A stretch of 63,938 nt of DNA, counting the filler, from Octopus bimaculoides (Eukaryota): assembly GCF_001194135.2 (NCBI RefSeq). It is 10 parts of 8 records of this genome, joined end to end, with 100 filler letters (N's around TTAATTAATTAA, not from the genome) between each part and the next. Parts side by side here need not be neighbours in the genome. Positions count along the whole stretch, not along the records: positions 1 to 15,075 come from NC_069004.1; 9 more parts are not named here. One strand, given 5' to 3'. A program made the position numbers and the translations under genes. How positions within the stretch are numbered: the stretch's first letter is position 1; every line of letters starts with the position of its first letter. The notes under the pieces were generated by a model, which saw only the letters and a list, made by a program, of their open reading frames with translations, was not told the DNA's origin and ran no database searches. Positions 1 to 13,300 of this stretch are shown in pieces.

Positions 1-1599
1 ATTACTCTCCTCCACTCTCTTTTTTTTTTTTCCTTTTAACTTCTGAATAATCGTTTGAACCTAATTTGAAGCATCTTTCTGTGTATTTATTTCTGTGTCT
101 GTGCAACTATGAATGTGATTGTCTATCTGTGTGTATCTACCCTGAACTCGAATATATAACCGTCCTTTTTAAAACACCTCGTCACGTTTCCAGTTCATGA
201 GAGACTCTGTATGAGGTCGGGGGAAAAAAAGTTTCATTTTTCTTTCTCTACTCTCGTCAGAATTACGACTACTATACACCCACGCAAACCCAAATCTATG
301 TATGTAGAAAACACCACAGCAGGTCTGCCATTTCACACAGTTTCTTAGTCAATTAACACCTTCTTTCCCGTCTGAATTTCCAAGCACGTAGCAGATGCTG
401 CTTTTTGAGTATCCCAGATCGGCCATAATCGAGCTGTTCCAACCGTGACCGTCCCATTTTTTCTGTCTTTTCTAGACTGCTTTATCCAATATGCTTTGCC
501 GTTTTATTTTAATCTTTATCTTCTTGTTAGGAAGGAAGGCAGCGCCCACGATCCTTTATAAAACCTCTGAAACTAATGGGAAGGAGAAAGTTGACACTTC
601 ATTTGATTGGCCCCAGGGGTTGAGTTGACTTCAGATAGATTCGAAATCAGAACAGACTGTATGTTCGGTTTTAAATCCGGTACTCTCTGTCGTTCTGTCA
701 TTTCAAATACATTTAAAGTGTTTGTTGGACATAGAAGTCATCCTCAACCTGAAGCTTGTCGCGAGTGTTAAATCTATCAGCTAAGTAGACCATGGTAGGT
801 TTTGAACTCAGAATGCAAAGAGGCGGAAGGAATAGTGCCAGGCCTTCAGTCTGTAACACCAATTCATCATATTGGTCCTTTTTTTTTTCATCGGCCCCGA
901 ATGAATGAAAACAAAGCTAATCTTTGTGGCAGTGCGTAGGATTGGAAGAAATACTGTGAAGTATTCTGTCCAGCGCTCTAATGACCCTGCCAGAAGCGTG
1001 TGATTTGAGCGGAATTTAGCTGCTATTTCTTGCAGATTGAGCACTCGACCTTACAGACGCTCCGTCGTTGTTTGCGAACTTAATACAACGATATGGAGCG
1101 GTCAACTAAACTGCAAATTATATTTGATTTTTGTCTTAATAACTAAACATGAATTTGGTTATTAACAAGGGTCATCCCTTGTTAGTGTATTCTGGTTTAT
1201 GGGCCTTAATGACTTTGAGGGCTATGTAAGCAGAACGCAAGCTCCCGCTGGGGGCCTCCCCATGCAGGACAGGTCAGAGAATAGAGGCCAGACAAATATA
1301 AATCACTACTTCTCAGAACTAAAAATGGGTTTACATAGGGGTCAACACCCCTTTTATAGAAATAGTAAAGATACATCGATAACCATTCAAACCCAACAAA
1401 ATCTGGGAGAGAAAGGCCTTAAAAGACAGCCCAGAGTCGAGAACAGCGAAGAGAAGTGGTCAATGGTCTTTGCTTTATAGGAAGCGAAGGGTGTAAGTAG
1501 TAAGTAAACACAAATTACTTTTATATATAGCAATAAATTTGCCTCTGATGTCGACTGCCTTGAAGTGTGTTATAATGAATAGACTAATACGCTTTCGTT

Positions 1600-1915
1600 G
1601 ATGGTTGTTTTATGGCGAGTTAACACTCTCCTGGAGAAGATTTTTCAAGGAAAGTAAAGTTAACTATTTTCATTGTAGACTGTTTCAAGAACTGTTACAA
1701 TGAGAAGGTTAACTTGCTTTTCCTATAAAATGCCTTAAGCAGGATTATAACAGGAAGGTTGTCTTGCCTTCATTATTGGCTGTTTTAAGTGATGTTATGG
1801 TAAGGTTAATTCGTCTTTGTTGTAGATTGTCTTGAGGAATGTTACAGGGAACGGATAACTTGCTCTCGTCATGAGCTGTCTTAAGGGGTGTTGTGATGAG
1901 AAGGTTAGCTTGTCT
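1600..1915 (+). repeat. Degenerate ~49-50-bp tandem repeat
   Basis: Recurring GTTACAATGAGAAGGTTAACTTGCTT-like core about every 50 nt. Confidence 0.6.
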
Positions 1916-1943
1916 TCAATTCAGATTTAAACAACAATAATTG

Positions 1944-2260
1944 GCACTCCGTCAGTTGCGACGACGAAGGTCCCAGTTGATCCGATCAACGGAACAACTT
2001 GCTCGTGTTATAAACGTGCAAGTGGTTGAGCACTCCACAGACATACGATCCCTTAACGTAGTTCTCAGGGAGATTCAGTGTGACACAGAATGTGACAAGG
2101 CCGTCCTTTTGAATTACAGGTACGACCCATTTTTGCCAGCTGGAGCAACGTGAAATAAAGTGCCTTGCTCAAGGATGCAATGCGCCGCCGCCGGGAATCG
2201 AACTCACAACCTTACGATCGTGTGCCGAATACCCTGACCACGAAGCTGCGTGCCTTCACT
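1944..2260 (-). mobile_element. tRNA-derived SINE (family with ...cggagtgccaacaac-type tail)
   Basis: Head with B-box GAGTTCGATTCCC. Related pieces at 17451-17590 (+), 41383-41430 (+), 51120-51200 (-) and 54358-54520 (+). Confidence 0.75.
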
Positions 2261-2403
2261 CTAAACAACAATAATTGGCACTCCGTCAGTTGCGACGACG
2301 AAGGTCCCAGTTGATCCGATCAACGNNNNNNNNNNATAAGAGAAGTCACGCTACTGGGGTGGGGGGGGGGCGTAGGGCTAAGCTACCTGGAACTAAACAA
2401 CGT

Positions 2404-2440
<37 letters not shown>

Positions 2441-3103
2441 AAACAATAACGGTGAACCTCATTCTGACTCGTTCGTGCAGAATGTGTTGGTAGAAGATGG
2501 ATCAATGGAACGCGTGTGTCCCTTTTTGAAAGAAGCAAAAAAAAAATAATAATAATAATAATAATAATAAAACGAAGAAGCGCAAACACCCCGAAACCTG
2601 AGTAAATGAAAGCTGGTCGAAGACACGAGAGTCTGGGTGTAATAAATAACGAAGGCGATGCCTGCGTTTATCAACCTGACCCGACGACCTTTCAGATGTA
2701 GTTTTCCCATTTCGGTATGAGATAAGTAACTTTGCTAATAATTCTCGTTGCACTCATTATCCACCTGATGTCTGGTTCGAACCAGACTCCAAGTATCTTA
2801 ACCACTTTAATTCCTCTCTGCTACGTGTATAGAAATTTAGGGTAGGGGACGGGGTGTTAATTGACTAAGAAACTGTGTGAAATGGCAGACCTGCTGTGGT
2901 GTTTTCTACATACATAGATTTGGGTTTGCGTGAGTGTATAGTAGTCGTAATTCTGACGAGAGTAGAGAAAGAAAAATGATAATTTTTCCCCCCGACCTTA
3001 TAAAGCGTCTGTCGTGAAGTAGACGAGGTGTTTTAAAAAAGACGGATATATATACGAAATCAGTTCTGACGCACACAAACACATGCATGGGTGAACAGAC
3101 ATG

Positions 3104-3144
<41 letters not shown>

Positions 3145-3149
3145 GGGTG

Positions 3150-3900
3150 GTATCTATCTTTACAGCGTCTTCGGTTTAACGACCCACGTTGCTGGCCGGT
3201 ATAAAGTTGTGTATCTAAAGGCTGAGTTGCAGACTGACCGAATTTACTGTTTCATGCGACCTTCTGTTCTGTTATTACCTCGTATTCCTTCAGTGTTAAC
3301 CACCTCGATTCCCCTGTTTTCAAACACCTTATCAACACAGATATGGTGTTTCCCAAGACCATATCAGCTCGGTCTTACCATATCGCAGTCCAAGCGAGAT
3401 GTTCTTTGGTTTTTCGCAAGAGTCACAATAACCAAAACGTACAGAGTAAGGCTATCCGCGACAGACCCAGCCTCTCTGATTCGAAACAGTTCAAATAGGT
3501 AGCTATTCAGTCAATTCACATTGCAGATGCGGCTGTACATTATTGATCTAGTATCTGAAAACAGAACTGAAATTAGCTGCAATGAGGAGCGCCGTCAAGT
3601 ACTGACGGTCCACCTTATCGATGGCTTTAGATTTATCTCAATTGATCAGGTTTTTGTTCATTCTTCCTCCAAAGTATCGTATGAGGTGTGGGGAGTCGTG
3701 GATAGATTTATAGGGAATCGCTCAAGTCTGTGCACTCCTGACCATAGTAACAACGTCAAGCACCGACGTCTCGAGTACATTTCTCTATCTTAGTTTGCGT
3801 TCAGTAGAACTAAGAACTGGAAATTGTCGATGATGCTCCCTTTGCGCATCTCCTCAGTAGTGTCTCCATTCATCAGTGAATATAGCTGGGAATGTTTGCA
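3150..3900 (-). mobile_element. Tx1/L1-clade non-LTR retrotransposon, reverse transcriptase fragment
   Basis: Degenerate AIPYKSIHDSPHLIRY...DKSKAIDKVDRQYL (QTCAIP.RSIHDN...DQSKAFDRVDH motif). Confidence 0.7.
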
Positions 3901-5329
3901 TTGAGTTATCGATTGAGTTTAGTGCAGTGGGCAAATATTTCCAAGGAAAAATGTCCGTGGGTGGATCACGAGATCTAACTCATATTTGTGTTAATCTTGT
4001 CTATATCTATGTATAATTCGATAGACATTAATAAAGATAAGTTTAACACATTAAATTAATGCGTAACATCTTCGTTAACACCGCCGCTGAATTTAAGACG
4101 TTTATATTACTTATGAGATATTCTATATTTTTTAGCTAAAGGGTAGTTGGGTCTCAAGGGGGTAGTACAAACCTAGCAATATTTTTTTTATAGTGTAAAC
4201 AAAATTTCCATTCAAATGGCAATTACCGCACGATTTTCTGTTCGAGTCTGACCCTTTTAAGTCGTAGTGGAAACGCGACTTATGTCGCAAATAGTCATAC
4301 GAATATTATATAAATTTCATAATTGAAAAGTTTACTATATTTTGTACATACGAATATATCAGGCTGTGGGCGTAATAAAATGGACTCACAGGCACAATTG
4401 CGCCCGTGGGCGGGGGTTTTCCCCACCTCTAATTTAGATGTTATACCAAGAAAAAGGCCAACACGTTTGGAGTGGATCCACAAATGTCGTGATGTAGACC
4501 TTCTGAACCAAGTGATCTGCCCATTGCATAGCTTCTCACCGTCCACCGTATCTCAGTTACTTTTTGCCACCTTCCGTTTTTTTATATTGACCGCTTCAGC
4601 AAGTCGTCAAGGTAGGCCATCAAGTCGATTGTCATGGGTCCACCCAGTTCAGCAAAGTGTTACTGGAAAACCGTACACATCTGTCGAAAAGCATGCGCCA
4701 GTCATGCTTCTTCAAAGACCCAATTATAATTTTGTTCACCTCGTTGCGATTTTGCCACTCAAAGCCATCGATCGGTTTTGGTGTCCTTGTGTCTGATTTC
4801 TGACCACGCAGCCTTCATGCTTTTCGCCGAAGAATAGTCAAGCGCCATTTTAACTTCCGGCATGTCTGTTGCGATGCCTTTCCAAATCGACTCTTCTAAC
4901 CTGGTGACCATTTCGCTCTCTGATTAATTGTATTCTGTCGCTACTTCTTTGCTAATTGATTCTATTTTAATGGTTCTCTTCAAGGAGACCCACCGCCAGT
5001 TTTCTATCTGTAAGATAGGCATCAAACCTCCAATTTAAGGAATGGGTTTTACTCAATTTAATAAACCTTGGTACTTGACTAGTATTATACTTTATCAAAC
5101 ACCGGATTTGTGAAAGATAAAGTCAACCTTCATTAATAATAGTAACGGGGAAAGAAGCGAGAGAAAGAGTGGGGAAGGAGGTAGTGAAGTTAAAAGTGAG
5201 CAAGTGAAGTTGGGGGTGGGGTGGAAAAGAAGCGGAAACATTTGTTTCAATTCATAACACTTACAACACTTCCACTTTTTCCACAATCGTTAAATGAATG
5301 ATGACCTTGGCGGGGTGTGGTGGGGCATG

Positions 5330-5690
5330 TGAAGAGAATATTGCTCTCTATGGAACCGAAACCCAGACTACGAGAAAGAGGCTCTAAGATCCCCTTGGTG
5401 GTACGCATTCTAGGATTCTCATGAGTGCTCAATATATCTCATGGCGTGAGCACAAGGCCTAAAAGGCAAACAATGGACAAGTTCCGGCCATCGTTTCTGT
5501 TGTTGCTCAACGCAGGGTGGGCTTTATTGGTTACTGCTATCGGGATGGACATGAGGTCATATCGGGGGACATATTTTGGTGACTTCCGTACCCTAATGGA
5601 AGAAGAAGAAGACCATTCAGCGACATTGTATTTTTCTCAGAAAGACACATAAAGTTATGGACCTAGCAAAGCTTTTAAGGGATTCGTGGT
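5330..5690 (+). mobile_element. RTE-clade LINE ORF C-terminal remnant
   Basis: LYGTET...RILMSAQYISWREH...QRRVGFIGYCYR...GRRRRP, with frameshifts. Confidence 0.6.
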
Positions 5691-6230
5691 GCGGCTTAGG
5701 AAAGAAGCAGAAAAAGGAGAAGAGAAGAAAGTAGAAGGAGAGGAATACTGCTATATGTACGTTCGACATGCCCCAAATAGCAGCCAAATCCCTCTCTCAC
5801 ATGGCACCCTGCTGTAATACAAAAAGAAAGGAAATGTTTTTGCTAATGTAATCATGGCTATTCTATCTGAATACAATCAGTGGGTCAACTCAACCATCTA
5901 CCGCAGTTATCTCGGCCCCCTCTGGCGCCTAAACTAGTACACCATATTCAGTTAGGCCTTCACTCCACACATTACCTCAGTTATTCCTTCACATCTATTT
6001 CGGTCTTCACATCACACATCATTACAGCTTTCGATTCAAACGTACTTCATTTCTAGCCCACAACCTCAGCTATCAGCCCTCATATATCTTATTTACATTA
6101 TCTTAAATGTTAACAGCTATCACCACACCCTGCTCTGTACCTGTATCATCAAGCTGCCCAACCAAGTGTCCTTATATCAGATCTTCTCCTCAAATCACAC
6201 CTCTGCAAATAAATTACCCAGTTGTCACTC

Positions 6231-6420
6231 CAGCTATCATTACAAAACTCCAGCTATCAATACAATGTCCCAGTTATCATTACAACACTTTAGCTATCAT
6301 TACAACGCCCCAGCTATCATTACAATACCCCAGTTATCATTACAATGCCCCAGTTATCATTACAATACCCTAGCTGTCATTACAACACTCCCAGCTATCA
6401 TTACAACCACCCGGTTATCC
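6231..6420 (+). repeat. 20-bp minisatellite (CAGCTATCATTACAATACCC)n
   Basis: About 9 units with strict 10/20-nt register. Confidence 0.9.
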
Positions 6421-7298
6421 TTTCATCACTCAGCGGTCAACATAGTCCTCCCAAAGACCAGTCAGTCTTACTCAGCCCCTTATTGCCAAGAACATCCTCT
6501 CACTCCAACCCTCCAGCCTCCTCACCCTTTCACCATTCATACCTTGTCTTATCGACTGCCACCCCACCCCACTTCATCACACAACCCTTTTCCCATATAT
6601 AACTGACCCTTCATTTCTTATTAATTCTCTTCCTCCATGCTCTTTCCACCTTGCCCACCCTCTCTTTTCTCTCTCTCTCTCTCTTCTCTCTCTTCTCTCT
6701 CTCTCTCTTCTCCCCCCTCTCTCTCTCTTTCAATCTGCTTCGCCCTTTCTTTTGTTTTCCCATTTTAACCTCACTCACTCACCTCTCCTTCTATACACCT
6801 CTTTCTCTCACTCTCTCCCCCTCTCTCTCTCTTTCTCTCTCGTTCTTTTTATAAAACCTCTCTATGTGTCTGTATAAACCTAGAATAGTCCCCAGTGGAA
6901 CACCTTGAATCACAGGTTTGCTGGATCGAACTTAACTTGCACCCCTTTGGAGAATGCGGTCGGAGAAGCATGAAACGAGTGTATCTGGAACGCCTTTGAT
7001 CAAAAACCTCCTGGATCAGGGCTGACCTTGGGCTAAACAGTAACAAAACATTTGATGATGTAGTCCAAGATGCACTAAGTCTGAAAAAGTTACAGGATGG
7101 TCATGTGTAGAACGTCTCCAGGATCAGGTCTAGATGGGGAATAAACAGCAACAACACACACACACACACACGCACACACACACACGCACGCGCACACACA
7201 TATACACAGACGCTTTCTCTCTTTATATATACATACACATACACCAATACACACACACATATGCATCTTTATATATACATAAATGTGCATATATATAT

Positions 7299-7331
<33 letters not shown>

Positions 7332-7492
7332 CACACATTACACGAATATATATATATATACTTACATATACATACATGCATCTTTATATATACATAAATG
7401 TGTTTATAGATATACACACACGCATATACATATACATAAATATATTTACACATGTACATATATATATATACGTATATGTGTATATATATACA

Positions 7493-7529
<37 letters not shown>

Positions 7530-7737
7530 GATATATGTATACGTACACACGCACACACATGCATATATATGCATACATGTGTATACACACACATTTTAAT
7601 GAATAAGGATGTTTATGTAGACACACGCGCACAAACACAAACTCTCTCTCACACACACAGAAACCTCTATACCATCTCTTGCATATCATCGTTCTCTCTC
7701 TCTGTCTCATTCTCTCTCTGTCTCATTCTCTCTCTGT

Positions 7738-7823
<86 letters not shown>

Positions 7824-8394
7824 CCCTCTGCATATCTACATTTCTGCTGCTAGTTGCCAGTAAGACATACAGCATACCGTGCGTGGGTGTTTCTCCTATT
7901 CCTAACATCACAGAATCACATTAACGTTCTCTCTTTTTATGCTCAGACTAAAAGACATTCTCTTCAGACGAGGCATTCAGCCACAACTTCCTCTCCTTTC
8001 AATTTTCTTCCTTCTTTTCTTCCATTCGTTTTCTTTTTCTTTCCATCCTTTTTTCTTCCTTTTTCTTTTCCCTAATCACTCCCCTCACCCACCAATTCCC
8101 ATCATAGCGATAAAGATAAGAAGGGGGGGTCGGCGGGGGGGACTACTTAAATTAATTTAACAACACAAATAATAATAATAATAATCATCATCATCATCAT
8201 CATCATCATGGCCATCATCACACAAAACGTTGCATTTAATACATCTTCGCGTCCTCCCACGACCACTTCGCCAGCCTAACATGACCACCACCACCAAACC
8301 AAACCAAACCAGACCAAACGTCAGCAACCACTAGCACCAGGAACAGCGTCACTACCACCGCAATCATCATCATCACCATCATCACTATCATTGC

Positions 8395-8439
<45 letters not shown>

Positions 8440-8542
8440 TATTATTATATTTTGTATATTTCTGTCATACCATTGCAATATCTCTCTTCACTGCTTTTTT
8501 TTTATTTTGTTTTGGCAAATAAAGAAACATCAACATCATCAC

Positions 8543-8610
<68 letters not shown>

Positions 8611-8995
8611 GTGTTGCTATTGTTGTCATCGCTGTTTGTTTGTTAATTAATCTACTTAATCTGTTAAAGCCAACTATTCTAGCATTATATATCCGTTGCG
8701 ATGGTCATCGTCTGTCTGCCTGTCTGCCTGCATGCCTGTCTGTATGTCTGTCTGTGTGTACGCATGTCGCTCTGACTGTTTGTGAAGGTCTCCCAGACCA
8801 CCTATTTACAGGTAAGATATTTCGATTCCGTCGCAGGTCATTCCTCCATTATAAAACTGCTGTCAAAGAACATACAAGCTTGAAGAGACAGGTGCGTGCG
8901 CGCGTGCGCTCGGCTATGGTCGTCTGTTACCAAAGACGGTAACGTCAGCCTGGGCTTCCCTGCACCAAATGTAATATATATATATATTATACACA

Positions 8996-9029
<34 letters not shown>

Positions 9030-9683
9030 ACAGGGAGAAAGCAATTACGGACACGATCTTAAGAAGATGGTGTTAGAGATTGAAGAGAATAAAAAAATCG
9101 GAGAATCAAAGAATTGGAGAATCGAATGCAACAGGTTCGATATGCATGCAGAGACAGAATGGAAGAGTTATTGAGACAAATGGATGTGCAAGGGGTTCAA
9201 CAAAATGCTCTCTGCACCTCTGTCGCTGCACAATTGTTGCTTTGCAACGGCACGGTTCGTTGGTGTCACTTAAAAAACGATTTGCCAACTTGCCAAAAAT
9301 AATTAAATAAGTAAATAAATAAAAAATAAAAAAAAAGCGAGAATATATTTTGCATTTAATATGTGCCATTGATTTTACATGGAAAGAGTTAAATAANNNN
9401 NNNNNNTGTCCATGTGTGATTTAATGTGATTTAGTCTAAAATGCAACTATGTATGTATGCACATTATGAATCGATGCATTGTTTCTATGTATTTATGCAC
9501 GTATGTATGCATGCATGCACGTATCTATGTACGTACGCATGTTTGCATGTCTATACTTATGCATGCATGAATGTATGTATATACAAATCTAGGCAGCAAA
9601 TTGTGTATACGCGAGAATCTATATAAATAATATATGCACATACATAATATGTATTAAATGAAGCATATAAATATATATATATA

Positions 9684-9736
<53 letters not shown>

Positions 9737-10849
9737 ACACATCGGCAGAATGCTATCTAGACGCTTAGAAGGAAGCAAATTTTCCCAAATGTCAATTTAA
9801 GAGACAACATATGGATGCAAACAGCGACANNNNNNNNNNNNNNNNNNNNNNNNNNNNNNNNNNNNNNNNNNNNNNNNNNNNNNNNNNNNNNNNNNNNNNN
9901 NNNNNNNNNNNNNNNNNNNNNNNNNNNNNNNNNNNNNNNNNNNNNNNNNNNNNNNNNNNNNNNNNNNNNNNNNNNNNNNNNNNNNNNNNNNNNNNNNNNN
10001 NNNNNNNNNNNNNNNNNNNNNNNNNNNNNNNNNNNNNNNNNNNNNNNNNNNNNNNNNNNNNNNNNNNNNNNNNNNNNNNNNNNNNNNNNNNNNNNNNNNN
10101 NNNNNNNNNNNNNNNNNNNNNNNNNNNNNNNNNNNNNNNNNNNNNNNNNNNNNNNNNNNNNNNNNNNNNNNNNNNNNNNNNNNNNNNNNNNNNNNNNNNN
10201 NNNNNNNNNNNNNNNNNNNNNNNNNNNNNNNNNNNNNNNNNNNNNNNNNNNNNNNNNNNNNNNNNNNNNNNNNNNNNNNNNNNNNNNNNNNNNNNNNNNN
10301 NNNNNNNNNNNNNNNNNNNNNNNNNNNNNNNNNNNNNNNNNNNNNNNNNNNNNNNNNNNNNNNNNNNNNNNNNNNNNNNNNNNNNNNNNNNNNNNNNNNN
10401 NNNNNNNNNNNNNNNNNNNNNNNNNNNNNNNNNNNNNNNNNNNNNNNNNNNNNNGTAATTTCTGAAAATTCTATTTTATGTAAAGACATGTAAAGACTTG
10501 TCTTCATTGAACTAAAGCGCGTTCTATAGATGGCTTGCAATGCAGGCGTAAGTAATAGATTTGATTCTGGGTGGAACTGGAAATCAACTGCAAAAGGTAT
10601 TCCTGGAACTTCAGAATCGCATTGCAAGTTTATGTACGTGACGACGGTGGACATGTTGAAAATTACCAATCTCAAGAATAATTCTTCTTCGAAAATGTAA
10701 TAAACTCGTAGGCTTATCTTTTTTTGGTTTCTTTCTTTTTTTTTCTTCTTTTTTTTTTTTTCCACAGATTGAAAATACCATATATAGAATCAAAGTTGTG
10801 CTATGCAAATTTAAAATTGCACACAAGATCTCGATAACGGTCATATATA

Positions 10850-10984
10850 CATATACATTCATATATACATACACACAACAAACATACACATATATGCATG
10901 TATATACATATATACACAGAAGCATATGCGCAAAATGTAAATTAAAAATTGTGCACAATTAAACTACACAAATACATACATACA

Positions 10985-11038
<54 letters not shown>

Positions 11039-11289
11039 AGCATACACACACGCACATATGTAGGTATGTATGTATGTATATACACACATGTGTGTGAAAT
11101 ATGTGTATATGCAATGCAATAAATGGTTTTTATGCACGCTTGCATATATATATACACAATTACAAAATAGTTTGAACCTGTAGTTATGCACACTAACAAA
11201 CTCATAGATATATAAATATATAAACATACATGCACACACACATACATACATACATACATACATACATACATGAATGCATACATACAAAC

Positions 11290-11325
<36 letters not shown>

Positions 11326-11381
11326 GAGAATATACAAAAAATAAATATATATATATATATATATTTATGTGTACTTATATT

Positions 11382-11458
<77 letters not shown>

Positions 11459-12545
11459 GTTTGTATACGCACACACACACACACACACACACGAATTTTC
11501 ATCCTCTAGATGAGAGTAAACTTTGACAATGTCGAACACAAACATTCACGCAGATACATAACAAACACACAACCGCACGCCCCTACACACGCAAACGCTC
11601 ACATACACACCCACACTTTCTACCTGTCTTTCTCCCTCCCCCACTTCTCTCTCTCTCTCTCACTCTGTTTCTTTCATTCTCTCTCTCTCTCTTTCTCTCT
11701 CACACACACATACAAACATAGAAAGAATTCAAAAATCGATGCTTACGTTTCTCCTGACTTGGTTTTCCATTTCGAATTCTTCACTTGGTCCCATTGCAAA
11801 ATAGTTTGGTCCCGCGAATACTTATTATCATTATTATTATTATTTTTTAAAAAAACTTTTTTGTCTTTTTCGACCTTCCTTTTTTTTCTCCTTTGCAAGT
11901 GTGTGGTTGCACTGTCCTGTATTGCTTAACAAGTTGTCGCATATTATATACATACATACATACATACATATATATATATATATACCTGTATATGTATATG
12001 CATATACGTGTGTGTGTGCGTGTGTGTGTATGTGCGTACAGGTGTGTGCATGTATGTGTGCATGCGTGTGTGTGTGCATTCTTATGTATATACATGTATG
12101 TATGCACGTGTGTATATATATATATATATACCTGTATATGTATATGCATATACGTGTGTGTGTGCGTGTGTGTGTATGTGCGTACAGGTGTGTGCATGTA
12201 TGTGTGCATGCGTGTGTGTGTGCATTCTTATNNNNNNNNNNNNNNNNNNNNNNNNNNNNNNNNNNNNNNNNNNNNNNNNNNNNNNNNNTGTATGTATATA
12301 TATATATACATATATATATATACATATATATACATATATATATATGCATACATATATATGTATATATGTATGTATGTATGAATGTGTATATATCTATATA
12401 TATATCTTCAATTTTTAAAAATTATAGTGGTTGAGGCCACCAGAACTACCACCACCGCCACCACCATCAACGCAACCACCACCAGCACCACCGCCGCCGT
12501 TAATGGTGATACCATCAACTCTATTAACGTATCACCACAACAAAA

Positions 12546-12585
<40 letters not shown>

Positions 12586-13018
12586 TAATAATAATCATAA
12601 TAATAATAATAATAATAAAGCTCCGTCATCATCAACATCAACAAACATCATCGTAGCCGCCGTTGTCGTCGTCATCACCATCACAATCACCATCGTATTC
12701 AATAGTAGTGAAACGGCACACTACAAACTCTAGTAGCGAATCTAGCGATCGTCGGCCATTCATTGATCTGTGCAGGTGTGCGTATAGCTATGTGCGTATA
12801 CAGAATACGGCATGCTTCTTCTATGTATGCTAGTAGTACGCCTGTGTAGAAGCACGTTATACGGTTATGCTGCCAGTTACTACGTACGTCTCCTTCGTAC
12901 GCATAGTGGTTGCGTGTCAGCGTCTACACGTGTATGTGTGTATGTGTGTATGTATGTATGTGTGTACATAGTGTGTTTGTGTGTTTGCATGTGTGTGTGA
13001 AGTTGTTTGTATGTATGT

Positions 13019-13051
<33 letters not shown>

Positions 13052-13163
13052 AACATACATATATGTGTGTGTGTGTGTGTGTGTATAAAACAATCCCGAT
13101 GGTGCGTCAATCGAGCACCTGCTTATATTTACAAATATTTCTTGCGCATATATACATACATAA

Positions 13164-13206
<43 letters not shown>

Positions 13207-13300
13207 TAGGTATGGATATGTTTATGTGTGTGTATGTAGGTATGGATATGTTTATGTGTGTGGTGTGTGTATACATTTATATAGATATACGCATATCTAA
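10850..13300. repeat. Dense (TA)n/(CA)n/(TG)n/(TAA)n microsatellite zone; similar zones at 7150-7830, 43590-45050 and 46960-47560
   Basis: Direct inspection. Confidence 0.9.

Larger units (their letters stand above)
160..3045. repeat. Long inverted repeats (160-360 and 2853-3045) around a ~2.5-kb interior
   Basis: 234-360 is the reverse complement of 2853-2979 with 1 mismatch in 127 bp. Outer ~70 bp are more diverged. Termini CCGTC/GACGG sit in TA-rich flanks. Confidence 0.8.

Noticed and set aside
2262-2325. Direct duplication of 1928-1991; similar duplications at 37931-37970, 32253-32360 and 12115-12230
   Set aside because: Each abuts an N gap; most likely unmerged contig overlaps.
10456-10700. 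Protein-like minus-strand frame (..QCDSEVPGIPFAVDFQFHPESNLL..) and a plus-strand GGC|gtaagt donor
   Set aside because: No recognisable family and no consistent exon boundaries; the adjacent gap prevents evaluation.
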